Assembly (NCBI GenBank): GCA_910592345.1
Contig: CAJVPI010000314.1
Span: 1 to 35,764 of the forward strand
Reading direction: 5' to 3'
Length of the DNA: 35,764 bases
DNA from: Paraglomus brasilianum
Lineage: Eukaryota
Below, piece after piece: positions 10,809 to 24,898 of this stretch. The notes below the pieces were generated by a model. That model saw nothing but the letters and a program-made list of their open reading frames with translations, had not been told where the DNA came from and ran no database searches. Each line of letters starts with the position of its first letter. The first letter of the stretch is position 1. The position numbers and the translations under genes are program-made.

Positions 10809-11958
10809 GTCCATAATCTTAAGTTTTCATACTTATTAATTTATTACACAAGAATAAAACATACCAGAAAACAAACAAAATATAATTCCAGAATATTTCT
10901 TCCGATTCTCTAAAAATGTTATTATTTTTAGTAATATTACTATCTAATCGATTAATGATACATTAAAGAACAAAATATGTATCTTGATTAAATCAATACT
11001 GTTTAAAAATCATCACGACTATCGTTTCTGTTGGTACGATAATGTTAGTATTTTATTAAAGCGATTATTATTAATGAGTACTAAGAAAAAAAAGTTTCGT
11101 AAGAAATCAAAACTTCAATTCTTCGCTATCCGTTTACGGTTGTTTCGTGATTTATCACGGCGGTTTGAAATGTAACATAGGTTCTCTGTGACTTCATACC
11201 TGTTTAGCGCTTTGTGTATCTTAATCTGCTCACTTCCCAGGTGATGATGTGTACCAGCGTCCAATTCGCTTTTTTAACATATTAATACACTGTATACGGC
11301 AGCTTAAAGATACCGAAGACTGAACAAAGTCCCAGTTTGTCTTCTTCGTTTGCAACAATTATGTTCCTCTTGCCAGGGAATTTAATTTGATTATAAAAAA
11401 TTTCACGTGCTTTAGTTACAAGACATAGACGAAGCTTCTAATATGAACGGCATTGTAATTGGGCATACGTACCTTTGTTTGTCTATTTTGTGTGAAGCAC
11501 ACAATGTAACACGGACGATTGTACTATGGTTTTTGGTCGGGAGAACTATATTATAAAATTTTAAATTAAGTATGCATAAATTCCTCAGACTAGCGCTAGA
11601 AGGCAATAAACTTATCTTCTGGCTTAGTGTAGTCTGCAGTGATTTACCGTTACGTCGAAAGAATAAATAAGGCAAATATAATAGTGTTGCTTTTACTCTT
11701 ACTGCAACACAGTAAAATAACAAACATCACGGGACCGATATTTTTTTTTTGCATGTTACTATTACTATTGTTATTGTTGATGAGCACCCTGTGTCATATC
11801 CTGGTATCATGTGAGATCTAAGTTCAACCATCTGATTCGAGAGCAAAAAGTATTAGAGATAAAGGCCGAACGCACTTAGTCTCCCAACAGGAAAGCTCGT
11901 GTTTATTGGGCGTTTCCTGCTACGATCCGAGATTAACGTAACAGAAAAGTATTTATTT

Positions 11959-14900
11959 ATGCCTGACAACGAGCCCAGCGACAGTTTGCCGCGCGATGCC
12001 AATGCAGCGCTCCAACGGCTTCAGGAAAACAGAGGCCCAGTGCCAGACATCGATTTCACGATTCATGAAATGGAGGATGGGTCCAAAGTATCGACTTTAG
12101 ATCGATACTGCAAAGGTTAATGTTTGCTTAATTTTTTCACACATTGACAGTATGTAGTATGTTCTGCGAACTTCCCTATTATAGCTTCCCTGCAACAATA
12201 TATGCCACGACTTTCAAGTCAGTTATATGCGATAGCGCGTGATTTTAGCACCCCAATACTTTTCTCATCTCTTTCGCTACCCATTCACCAAACCACGATT
12301 TTCATCTCGTGTCAACAAGTATTATTTACTCAATGTATTTCCAGAGTTTTAATACCATATCTTTTAATATTCAGAGGTCCAAGCGCCTGCTGTTAATCTG
12401 CCCACAGACGAAGAATTCTACTCTAAAGAAGACCCGACCAAACCAGATATTGCATTCTTAAAGAATCATTTTTATCGGGAAGGCAGAATTACAGAAAAAC
12501 AAGCATTGGATATTATTAACAAAGGAACGGAGATATTAAGGCAAGAACCTAATCTACTTGAGGTTGATGCTCCCATAACAGGTAAGGAAGAAGTGAGAGG
12601 TTTATGGAAGGACTTATTGAGAATATTAATCAATGGGCTAATTGTCATTCATGCAAATGAATACAATCATTACTGATTGAGTAGTGATCAGTTAATATAT
12701 GATGGGTAGATAGTGAATGTATGCTCATTATCTTGGTGGTACGGTGAATGTATGCTACATATTTATCATTCTTTACTTACGAGACTTTGTCTGTTGACAG
12801 TATGTGGAGACATTCATGGACAGTATTATGATTTAATGAAGTTGTTTGAAGTTGGTGGTAATCCAGCCGAAACTCGGTATTTGTTCTTGGGCGACTATGT
12901 TGATAGAGGATACTTTTCTATTGAGGTATGCGTTTTATTATTTCTATCAACATCAAATGCTGTGTTGGTGTCCTAATGTTTTGATGATAAACACCCATCT
13001 CTCGTCTTTATTCAAGTGCGTCCTCTACTTATGGAGTTTGAAGATATGGTACTCTAATACCTTATTCCTGTTGCGTGGTAATCATGAATGCAGCCATTTG
13101 ACAGACTACTTTACGTTCAAAATAGAATGTAAGTGTTGGAGTTTTGATACTATCTTCAATGCGCTCACGTGTCTGATATCGATGACTAATGCTATATTCT
13201 TTAAATAGGCAAGCACAAATACACGGAAGCCGTATATGATGCTTGTATGGCATCATTTTGTACACTTCCACTTGCTGCTATAATGAATAAACAGTTCCTA
13301 TGTATTCATGGAGGACTTTCCCCCGAACTAAATACATTGGATGACTTGCGTAGTGTATGCATGCTATGATGTGTGACTAATACATATAATTATGCTTATT
13401 TACAAACCTCATTATGTCAATCTATTTTCTCTTACTTTGTTAGATTGATCGATTTAGAGAACCTCCAACCCATGGCTTAATGTGTGATTTGCTGTGGGCT
13501 GATCCGTTAGAAGACTTTGGCTCCGAGAAGACAAACGAATGTTTCATACAGAATCACGTGAGGGGATGTTCATATTTCTTCAGGTAAGCCCGAGCTGACG
13601 TGAATATATTGGTAGACATACATCACGCATACTTATATAAAATTTTGTATACAGTTATTATGCTGCATGTGCATTCTTGGAGAAGAACAATCTCCTGTCT
13701 ATTATTCGAGCCCATGAAGCTCAGGATGCAGGGTATGAACTTTTGGAGATTAAAGGCATTGAAATTTAGACTGGAAGTGTCATTATGCTGACAGTCTTAC
13801 TATTACGTCGTTTCGTTAACTTGGCATCCTGACCCTCGTTCAGATATCGAATGTATCGAAAGACAAAATCAACGGGCTTTCCGTCAGTGATGACCATTTT
13901 CTCTGCACCGAACTATCTCGATATTTACAACAACAAAGGTTAATTGTGATTCATAATCTTGGGGTTAGTGTAGGCGAGTTATTTTATTCTCAATATAATG
14001 CTAACATTCTTTATCTGGCAGCTGCCGTACTGAAGTATGAAAATAATGTCATGAACATTCGGCAGTTCAATTACACAGCACATCCATACTGGTTGCCTAA
14101 CTTTATGGATGTATTTACTTGGTCACTACCATTCGTAGGCGAAAAGAGTACGTATCAACAGATAAAGATGGTGCATGCAATTGATAGGCGATTGAACTCA
14201 CGTAACAGAATATTGGACATCATTCTCAACACAGTTTACTTAATATGCGTTCTAATTTTACATTGCGTAATAGTTACGGATATGCTACTGGCCATCCTGA
14301 ATATCTGCAGTAAAGAAGAATTGGATGATGAATTAACGGCAGATGTGAAAACACCGGGTAATACTATGAGATAGACCAGATGTTGTATTACATACGTAAA
14401 AATTATCCTCGTTCATACTAAATTCTTTTACTCATTAGTCGAAGAAACACCGGCAGAAAATGCAGAGAGGCGTCAAGTTATTAGGAATAAAATCCTGGCT
14501 GTAGGCAAAATGGCTAGAGTTTTTTCCGTTCTCAGGTAAACGTGTCATTTACTATTTTGGTTGGTTTAATGAGTGTTGATATTCAAAGATGTATTCTTTT
14601 ACGCTCTATAGAGAAGAATCCGAACGCGTTATGGAACTCAAAAGTGTCACTGGAACAGGAAAACTGCCGTATGGCACCCTCGCCCTGGGAGTTGAAGGCA
14701 TTAAAAAAGGTATATAACCCAAGATAATTGCATTGTTTCCACGCGTATCTATGCTGACGTATTGCTGAACAACACTTATTGACCTTTAACAGCCATTACC
14801 TCATTTGAAGAGGCACGACGCTCTGATCTCGATAACGAGCGTCTCCCTCCCAGCAGGTCAGAGGTCGAGCTTCAAGAACGTAAAAAACAGGAACGCGCCA

Positions 14901-15034
14901 TTGCTCAAGCAGTGGAGGAAGTTGATAAGGATCCAGAAATAGCTGACATAGCCGAGGCCTTTGTAAAGGACGACGAAAAGCGAAGGAGCCTCAAAGAGGC
15001 CATGTTGGCAAATAGCATGAAGGAATCTTCTTAG
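11959..15034 (+). CDS. CNA1: Calcineurin catalytic subunit A (Ser/Thr phosphatase 2B), 13 exons
   Basis: Exons ~11959-12115, 12375-12581, 12801-12925, 13017-13128, 13209-13354, 13444-13583, 13655-13732, 13844-13938, 14022-14147, 14274-14357, 14439-14535, 14612-14709, 14793-15034. Motifs [52 protein letters not shown], calmodulin-binding [19 protein letters not shown] and autoinhibitory [19 protein letters not shown]. Confidence 0.97.
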
Positions 15035-15627
15035 GACACGATGTATTTAATGGATTTTAATTTATTATTCTGTAGAATGATGAATAAGAGCATATTTATT
15101 AATGGGAGGATGACCGTGGGATTTTAAGCGTTGATAGATTGCTGATGTTTCTGCGCGCTCTCGTCTAAGTTGAAGTTGTCAGGGAGTCCTTGTTTCTTTA
15201 TTGTTCATTTCCTTTTTTTTTTCTCGGCATGTGTAAATCCGAAAATTCAACCTTGCGAGTTGACAGACAAACAAGTTCTTACGTTTAGTCATTAAGATCC
15301 ATGATAAAAATTAGGACTTTGCTCCATTATTAACGTTAATTCGATAGTGGAAAATCGTTGAATGCGTGATTATATTGTGGTTTCGATAAATTCGTCAAGT
15401 CCGCTAAGTGATAACTCTTCCTGAATAAATGGGACAGCGGCAAACGATTTTCAGTAGTCATTTATTTGACTTGATGCCTGCGAATTCTATTGGTTATTCG
15501 TGACATTGCTACCCTGTACAAGGGACATTCCCATGATCACTAATACTAAGCCCTGAAAATATGTGATCAACGTAAAATATCCAGGATATCTAGTCGGTAA
15601 AACTCCACGTGTTTCTATACGATATTA

Positions 15628-17162
15628 ATGTCTTCATCTGAGCCAAAAGTGCTCGTATTCGGGTCTATCAACATTGTATGCTGTGTATACAGGCCGATCA
15701 TCGTCAGCCTTATATATATCTATTTAAAGATACTGACTTGTCTAATGATACAATAAGGACGACTTTTTCGCAGTACCGCATATCGTGCAAAGTGGAGAGA
15801 CACTACTCAGTACTGGATATCAAAAGAGAGCAGGTGGAAAAGGTAGCTTCAGAAAAGCATGACATTTTATAAACAAACCTCAACATGGTAAAGAAACCTT
15901 TTATTGTCAAATTCACGCAGGAGCAAATCAATCTGTTGCCATAGCCAAAGTATGTGTGTCATCTGAAAGAATTTTTTTTTAATCAGGCCGTGTTATTTTC
16001 GTGGAGAATTGCCACTGTTGAATGTTATCGATTAACCTAATTTGTTGTATAACAAGGCAGCTATAAAGAACGTCTATCATGCTGGGAAGATTGGTGAAGA
16101 TGGTGAATGGATTAAGGATTACATGACCTCTATTGGTGTCAATATGGACAACGTACACGTGTCCAAGTCGCAGGTAATTGTGCATCTAAACTAGTCGCGA
16201 ATATAGGCCGATCAGTCTTTCACGTATGCATATTATTCCATTCATACGATTCGGGTGACGCATTTATTAATGTACAGTCGACGGGCAGAGCTATTGTTCA
16301 AGTATCAAGGGCGACACATGATAACGCGATTGTACTCCTTTCTGGTGCCAATCATCAAATAACATCTCAAGATGCTACAAACGTGCTGGGACATTTCAAT
16401 AGGGGAGACTGGCTGGTAATGCAGAATGAGATAAATGATGGAGGGGCAATCGTGAAACTATTCAAAGATAAAGGTAGCGTGATGGTTCGCTAGCTAGCAT
16501 TACGTTAATTTTGCTCGTCTCTTTACTTGCTAATTTACCTACTCATTTGTTTCATTCATAATATTGCTTGACTAAACTCCCTCCCTACCTTTGCATCTTC
16601 AGGTCTGGTTGTCGTATTTAACCCCGCGCCAATGGTTCCAAACATCACCGAACAATTCGATTTCTCCCATGTTGACCACTTGATCCTCAATCAACACGAG
16701 GCGCGCCAAATCCATCCTCAACTCTCACTGTCCCGTAATTCCGATAGCAAACAGCGGTCTGACGATATTGCTGGAAGAGAGACTGACGACATCTCAGACT
16801 TGCGTATAATAATGAATGATATATCTGCGGCTTTTCCTCGTATCACTACAATCATAATAACACTCGGTCGACATGGTGTGATTGCTAAATTCAAAGGAGA
16901 CGATGACGTGTTTCAATGGGATGCAGTAAAGTCTGTAGCTAGGGATACAACCGCTGCCGGTGACTGCTTTACCGGTTATTATGTGGCTGGTCTGATACGG
17001 GGATTTTCTGTCGATGAACCTGTAAGCGGAGAGAGAATGAAAAATGCAATCAAGATGGCCACTGTTGCCAGTGGGCTGGCTGTGACTAGAGAGGGTGCAA
17101 TGGATAGTATCCCAACTATGGAAGAGGTTGAAGCACGGATGATTGAATTAAAATGGATTTGA
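15628..17162 (+). CDS. RBK1: Ribokinase (PfkB family), 6 exons
   Basis: Spliced reading KVLVFGSINI|DDFFAVPHIVQSGETL..AGGKG|ANQSVAIAK|..GKIGEDG..|TGRAIVQV..GAN..|VFNPAP..LNQHEA..ITLGRHG..DTTAAGDCFTG. Confidence 0.92.
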
Positions 17163-17646
17163 AGAAATTATGTTATTGAATCTTGAACGCTACGTGTTAA
17201 ATTCTCAATTTCTGTATAAATCACTTTTAATATTATAGTCGTTAACAAGACCTTTGTCTTTGTGTTCGAAGCACTGTTCGTTGTGTGCAAGTCACAACGA
17301 ATTGTTTCTACAATAAATATCAATGAATTGTGCTGTATCGGTGGTTTACACTTACGAGCGAGAGTATTGTACAATGAATATGTGAGTCTTGCAAATGTTT
17401 TAATTGTCAGTTGTGGCTTGCATAAAGCATTCACTTTTATACATTGACATGTAAGCAGAAACACGTTGTAGTGTGAAACGCTGCATCTAGAAATGCGTGA
17501 AATATACGTATATACATATATCCCTACTTTTTAATGCCCAAACAAATAGTGCTATAATAATATCTAATCATGTTGTGGAATTGACAACACGAACATTAAC
17601 TTTGGGGTAAAAAGCTAACCAAAAGTTTATTATATATGTTTTAATA

Positions 17647-19214
17647 TTATGCCCGAGATAGAGGAGGTTCATCAATTGAATCACGTAATGTACTGTAACG
17701 ATGTGAATTGAGAGGCCATGTTTTGCCATCACCGTATCTAATCAATAAATTAATTACATTGTATATTATTGCGATTACTCACTTCGCCAACATCAACTTT
17801 GAATACATTGTACAAAGAATACTTACGAATTATATACAGGAACAAACCAAAAATACCATTGAGGTCCCATGACCTGTACCCAGTTGTTCTTCGTCCCAAC
17901 GTCAAACAAATTTAAATATTTACTCGTCGTCACTTCACCATCCTCTTTCACTTTATAATTCTTCACTTGCATACTCTCCAACGTAGTTTGATTGTTGCAT
18001 ATCAGGTTTGTATGATAAATGACAAATCCAACCAAACACAGCGTAAATACGCCAGAGACAAGAACCAAGAATGTCCAATGAAGATCCAGTTCGATGAATG
18101 CCTCTCGTGAAGAACTGACAAACTCGACACAGGCTAAAACTGTTGTCAGACACACAAAGAAACAGTAGACATTAGCATAAAAGATGAAGAGATAAAAGAA
18201 CTTTTGGTTCTTATGGCCAATGCAATTGTTTAGCCTATGAATGATGAATGCAACGTTGATTAGAACTAGCATAAGACGAGACAAACGAAATGAAAATGTC
18301 AGAAGAGAAAGCTTACCAGGGACAATGACTGTAATGACAACAGTTGTGGAAAATGTTTAGAGTTAGATTCGCAATTCGTATGTTAATGTTGACAAAATCC
18401 GCACAACCCACAAACACACTTACTGATCCATCTTTAGAATACACTTTTTGCAAACTCTACAATGATGCGTCCGATCCGGTTTAAACCCTTTGCATTTCTG
18501 ACAGTATCGTTTGTTGCCGTTATTCTTTACAGTTATGACTGTTTCTGCAACTATGACATTGGAACCATCGTCCACGTCAACTACATGTTGCATGGGTTCG
18601 GATGGTGGTACCGGGTTGTATGGTTGTTGTGGGGTCGGATGCTATTGTAGAATGGGGGGAAAAGGGAGGGAATGAATGTTGGTAGGGGAATCGTAATTAA
18701 ATTGATAGTCGTCATAATTGCCAACAATAGTTCGCCACTTTTGACGATTACATAAGATAGTAGAAATGTATTTACCTTTGAGGGATGTCCAGGTGATGTT
18801 GTAGTCGCTTTGGAATAACTCCAAATCATCAGTGCCAGTAACAAGTGGTATACTATAAGGTATATTATTCCTAAACAAGAAAAAAACAACCAAAACTCTT
18901 CAGCGAAACGAGTGTTCAATCGAAGCATCACTAGATGCGGAATTCATGTGAGCAAGTACCAAAAGCCTGATCTTGATGACTTGTTGCTCTAACTCAATAA
19001 TTTGCTTTACTTTTAATTCTTATTCCGTACCTTGTATGGGGTAATTTGGCAATAAATATAATATACATAATCTACAAGCGAAGACATAGTAACTCCACGA
19101 TATAAGCAATATCAGAAATACTATAGGGAAATAGCTCAGAATAACTTTGAGCTTTTGTACAAATTTACTTTCAGTCATGCTGTTTTCTAGTTCAAGACCA
19201 TTTCTCAATCGCAT
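17647..19214 (-). CDS. PFA3: DHHC palmitoyltransferase, Pfa3/ZDHHC2-like, 6 exons
   Basis: TM-rich N-terminus, TSPG, [62 protein letters not shown], and last exon YGDGKTWP ending at the stop at 17647. The start could be 19178 (MTESK). Confidence 0.9.
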
Positions 19215-19598
19215 AGCCTGGAATCGAAATTTTTTACATGCAATTAAAAGAGAAATGGGGTTGTCTATGTATGGCTTAGCAAAAATAAACTGGTCAAAGA
19301 GGATTTGTTAGTGGCGAAGCAAAATTAATCCGGTAGTAAACCGGATTGTTACACTGACGCGTGGTGTACATTTTAGGAATGATCGTGTAAAGTACTAGAT
19401 TCACAATGGACAATGGCTTAGAAAGTATTGGTGGGCGAAGCAGGAGCTAGTTTGAATAGAACATGGTGCGAATTTGGTCATACTCGTTTCATTGGACTCT
19501 CCACGTATGTTCTCCAATTGTCATATAGCACACGGCAAAACGAAGTCCAGAATTATGCATGTGAATGCGGAGAGAATGATGTTGATATTTCTATTACA

Positions 19599-19795
19599 TA
19601 GTGAAACCCGTTAGACCGAAGTGGGTCGAGAACACAGGTGGGAAATGCCAAGAAATTCGGTTTAACGGGTTCAATTAGTAAATTCGGTTTATCGGGATAA
19701 ATTTAATAGAGGTTTTAGAACTTACCTTCGGTTTAGCGGGGTTTTACTTGGTCCTTTATTCGGTTAAACGGGGTTCGGATTAACGGGGTTGACTG
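19599..19795. mobile_element. ~200-bp pogo/Tc1-type MITE
   Basis: Imperfect TIRs tagtgaaacccgttagaccgaa / ttcggattaacggggttgactg followed by TA. Five internal copies of a ttcggtttaacggg-like motif. Confidence 0.75.
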
Positions 19796-21232
19796 TATAC
19801 TTATTGTTATAGATGGCTATTAGTGATTAGTTACTTTAATTACGGACACCAATATAAATATAGTAATTATCTACCCAATTCGACTCACTTACTGTATTTA
19901 TAGGTTTATCCGAGTTAATTATTTATCCTTGGTGAATTTGATTTGATTGCAAAACAAAGCATTTATAATGTAGTAAATACAGTTTTAGCATATACCAAGT
20001 TTAAATGCTTACTTCACAAGCAATCATTAATATGTTCTAAATTTACGGTTTAGTCGTGACTATTGTGTCTCCCGATTCTTAGATCCGTGTTTCGATAAAC
20101 ATATCCAATAGCAATAGTATTGATATTAATTAATACGAACAGCATTTTCTCATGGGAATGTATTCTGACTTTTTTTACATAAACTTTATACCAAAAAAGC
20201 AATAACCCACATCTCATGTCAACGAATATGATAACCCTACGCTGTGATCTGAAACAGATCTGTAATAGTAATGTAGTACAACAGGTAGTTCAACGGCCTC
20301 CTTTGTTCTAGCGCTAGATTATATAGAGTGTCTCACAAATATCTTTGGATTTGTGCTTCCTAAACCGAGCAATTTGTCATACCCACACATTATTACACAG
20401 AAAACTCTAACTTTATTTATATTCGACATTGTTAAAGCAAAAGTCCAAAGACTGTTAAGGTTGGAACGTGCATGCTAGTTTAAATCCAAAATATCCACAG
20501 ATACGCATTCCTACATTTCCGCTTCTTTGCTGAGAATGTTACGTTCCGTTCAATATTCCGGTACTACTATCCTTGACTTCGAACACGGAACGGTAGCATA
20601 TTTTTGTTAAAATTTCGTACTAACCAAAGTCCGTAGTATTTTAATTTAAGGGACAATGAACGCCAGAAACACTACTGGATTAGATTAACTATAGCCATAT
20701 ACATTTCGGCTATCTGTGTTTCGGTCATATTCTTGAAACAAAACCTTTTCTGGGAAAATCGTGTGCCCGGACTAACCAATATATAACGTTGTGGCGTTCA
20801 GCCTTCGTGGCAACGGTGGCTGTGGTCGTCGTTAACAATTACAAGACGACTTTTTTATTTTCTACTTCAGCAAGTTAAAAGAGCAAACTAAAAAAAAAAA
20901 AAAATCACGTAAAATGTACAGACTAGTGGAGAAAAAAAAAGTAAATAAAAAAGAAAATACAGAAATAAAACCTTGCAAGAAAAAAAAAGAAAGAATTCAA
21001 GGACGCAATGTGCTGATTATACTGTTCTAAACAATCTTCATCTCTATTAACCGCGCCCCCCCGTGCGCGTCCATCCACCTTCCTCGTGTTGTATTCAACA
21101 ACTGTTCATTATTTGGCCCTTGACATATTACCCTTCTTACATGTCTCAGCTGCAACTATCCGTGTGACCACCGACCGCTTCGTTAGCTAAACTCATGTTG
21201 AATGAGCAAAGCAAGAAAAAAATTTTAATTTC

Positions 21233-23574
21233 TTATCGGGTGGAACTCGAGCGACTGTGATGATCCGACGACAAATGAGTGCTTGACCCACTCGGATTAG
21301 TCGATACGCGTTGCGAAGCCAATCTCGGGTTTGACGTTGCTGACACTGCGCGGGTGAAGAACGAATTTAATGTATTGAAAATAAACTAAATTCGTGTGTT
21401 ATAGAAGCAGATTCGAGTATTATTACCACTTCTCGATCGTAGTATAGATGGATTGTCTGTTTCCGAAGTGAGTCCCGTATTTGCTGGCTTTTTATTTGGT
21501 TCGCTGGCGCTTACGCTTCGCGCACGGACAAGATTTGCGGACGATGCGCTTGCGCTTACGGTATGCGAGTTTGAACGTCTTGCTGCCTGTGACAAGGAAA
21601 AAAGTCGAGGTATTTAAAACACAAATAAAAAGTATCATAGCAAATCCAACTCTTAACAATTGAGACTACTTACTGCTCGCGAACTGTTGTGTTTGAGAAA
21701 AGCCGGTGGCCTATTATATTCAATGCAATTTTCAATTCAAAAACACTCGCCAATACGTTCTCGAATACGAAACTCGAAACTTTTATCCCAATCTTGTATT
21801 AACCCCCACTACCTCTCCCTCGTATCACATCCCGCTTTTCAAGCAAAAAACTTACGGTTCCTCGACAAGCAAATCTTCAGCAGGAATCCCAAGCCTCTTT
21901 CTTAGTTCAATCAATTCATTCTTGTGCCGCGTCGCCTGGCTTGATTTGTGAACATCTACGAAGGCGGAAAATACAACGTACCCATTCAATTAAATGACGG
22001 GTTATGATAGTCAAAGAAGACTTTCGTTGAGAGACACAGAGATGGAAAGGGAAGGTTGTGGGTGTGTGGAGATGAATACGAACATTCTTTCTCGATCTCT
22101 GAGAGTCGTGATCTTAGTGAAGAAATTTCCGCACGCAAGACTTCGACGACACCAGGAGATGTGTTTGGAAAATCGGCTGTGGTCGGGGAATGCGAAGAAT
22201 GCCATTTTTTGCTACTAAACATAAGGGGGGAGGGGAGAGAGGAGGGAGAAGACAACAAAATACGTAAATACTATGCTCTACGTGTAATATGAAAATGCAA
22301 CTATTGGCTAGTTGACCACCATCTAATAAGCCATCCAGCCGCGCGCGCACCTTGACGAGGGTGATCCAGGAGGTAACAATGGCGTACTTGCGTTCGATAC
22401 AGAGACTGCGCTACCTTCTCTTGAATGATAGCCAAACCCTGCCTGCTGCCTCAAAGCGTCCAGTTGTTTCTGCAACCGATTCACGATATACTCTTGCTCT
22501 TGCTCCAAAGCATTTTCCATGTCAATCTTTTCTTTCTGCAACTGATTCAACTTTCTTTGCAAAGTATTCGTAAGATACTCTTCCTCTTGCTCGACCTGAA
22601 CGAGTAATTCTCCCTTTTCCTTCTTAAGACCAGATATGCGCTTGAGCAATTTGTTTGAAATGTATTCTTCCTCTTGTTCGGCGGATGCGTGCATGTCGAC
22701 CGTCAATTGCCTAAGCATCTGGTTGTCGTGACGAAGGATGTTGACGTGGCCTTTTTCCATCTCGATTTCGAATTTGAGTTTTTTGAGTTCGGATTCTTGT
22801 TGTCGGATTTTCTCGTTTGCCTCGTCCAATTCCTCCTTGAGCAACTGTGGATCAACTAGACTCGGGCCGGATGTTTTCGTGTTGGGCGATTCGCTGAATG
22901 TGAAAAATTGATATGCGCGCGCGATTAAAATAATTGGGAAAAAAAGGGAGGAATGTAAAAAAGGCGAATACAGATCAATGGAAAACAGGCCCTGTTATAT
23001 TGGAACGGGTATGGGGTTACTGGGGTTATTGGGTACCTTGAATTCGATTGATTGATTTGTAACTGGGACATGGTTTGTTGAAAGTTTTTCGCACGCGCTT
23101 CCATAGAGGCTTCCAAATCCGCCTTTTCTTTGCGAGCCTGCAGCAAAGATTCCGAACGACGTCGTATATGATTAGGTGCAATTACCAATCTTTTGATTCG
23201 TTCGTTTCACATATTCTCTAGTAAGAATCGAATAAAAATCATTGAAATGTGAAAGTCAACGACTAATTACCGAGTCCAACTGTTCTTGAAGAGACTTTGT
23301 TATGATAACTTCGCTCTGCTCCACTTGCTGAAGCGCCTTTGCCCTGCCCTGTGGTAGAAAAATGCATTCTCCTTTTTAATGAGAGTTATCGTCGTATATC
23401 ACTCGGAATTCACGCTTTTATTTATCCCTTAAAATTCTCTCCTGTCTAGTTCTCTACTGCTTTCCTTCCCCCCTCTCTCTCTTCAACCCTCCTCTTGCGC
23501 TTTTCTAAGCGTCTCCATACCGAAATGTTTTCCTCGGTTGCCTTTAAATCATTTCTTCTGTCCTCGTTCTGCAT
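21233..23574 (-). CDS. CCDC6/DUF2046-like coiled-coil protein, multi-exon
   Basis: Signature repeats AEQEEEYISNKLLKRI, EQEEEYLTNTLQRKL and EQEQEYIVNRLQKQL. Flanking exons join in frame via GT..AG (MQNEDRR..|GRAKALQQ..|ARKEKAD..; 3' exons ..RSRS|VSATS..STR*). Terminal exons are less certain. Confidence 0.85.
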
Positions 23575-24898
23575 AATTACGAAAGGAACTCCCTATCATC
23601 CTTGTCAAAGCAGACTAAAAGATAACACCCGTGATCGATGACGCCCTTGTACGACGCCGTTCCCACACACTTTCTGCTCGTTCGAGCGAATAATTCCCTA
23701 CATAAATTGCAATAATAGTAATTCTCCCCACAAAGAAACCGCCTGTTGTGTAAGCTACTGATGCCATTACTTTTTTTTTTTTTGAGCAACTCGCAATAGA
23801 CGGCATCAAAGGAATTCGGACAAGTGGACAACAGAATACTGGAATTTTATTTAAAAAGTCAAAGAATTTGGTAACAGATACAATGCACATAATGGCAAAG
23901 AGAAGTTAATTAGAACTTTATCACGCGTATTCATATTGACTACTCATTATATCAATCAGACAATGTGTTATATTTTTTGTATCCTGAGTATTTATTATTA
24001 TTATACAGAAATGTTTAATGACTGGGCAAAGTTACCCGTGTGAAAAAAATTTTGTGAAACTGTCTCGTAATGACTTTAACGTGTTCAGTTTATCCAGTAT
24101 CTTTGCGATCATGAGGATTGGGGAATCGGCTAGTATGTGTCAAAGAATGTTCCTTTACAAACGTACCCACGTAACCAGGCGCTTTGAGCGATCAAGCAAA
24201 TTTCTTTGTTCAGTGAACTGATAGACTGAGATGAACGATCAAAGCATTGATTGCTAACTTACTACAAGTTAATAATTGTGGCATATTAAACCGAAAATGT
24301 ATTAGAAGCTGTGGATTGTGTTTACGAGTAAAAAGATTGGCTGTCACCACATAAACGAAACTTGTCTCAATAAGAAGAAAAGGCTAATATTGTAACAGAC
24401 ACAGAAAAACGTAGGGAGGCATCAAGATACGATGTCATACAACTTGATTCAATCCTCGCCAACATGGATTCCTACTCGACATAATGTTACACGTCCATTA
24501 CGCTGTTCGCAAGGAAAACGTCTGATGATGGTAGAATTACGGAAACGCTCATAATGTTGCTGTTACTTGGAAACGACGAAATATGTACACCAACTTTTTG
24601 TGATCACAAGCACAATATGATATGGATTTGCCAAATATGAAGATAACTATTACATGGTTGCTCTTAGACGCGTTCACCATTATTATTCTCGACATGGATT
24701 CTGGTCTGCATGTATTATCTGCTAGCTACAATACGCAGCTCGATGAGTTTATTAGAAAATTTCAAATACAAACAAATGAAGCTCATTTGGAATGTATGGC
24801 AATTTCTTGTATGGACTACCCTACCCCCTTGAATAACAGACACGACGAGGGTAAACTAGATATGATGCCTATATACAATAGGTAGAATGCAAGTAGTA

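Noticed and set aside
19656..19790. Spaced ttcggtttaacggg motifs as a CRISPR or regulatory array
   Set aside because: Irregular spacing, and the motif is part of the TIR; better explained as transposase-binding repeats of a MITE.
11959..23574. Calcineurin-ribokinase-DHHC-CCDC6 as a functional cluster
   Set aside because: Unrelated housekeeping functions; an ordinary gene-dense block.
24622..24885. ORF with SYNTQLDEFIRKFQ resembling a kinase N-terminal segment
   Set aside because: A single short motif with no further supporting domain; too weak to call.
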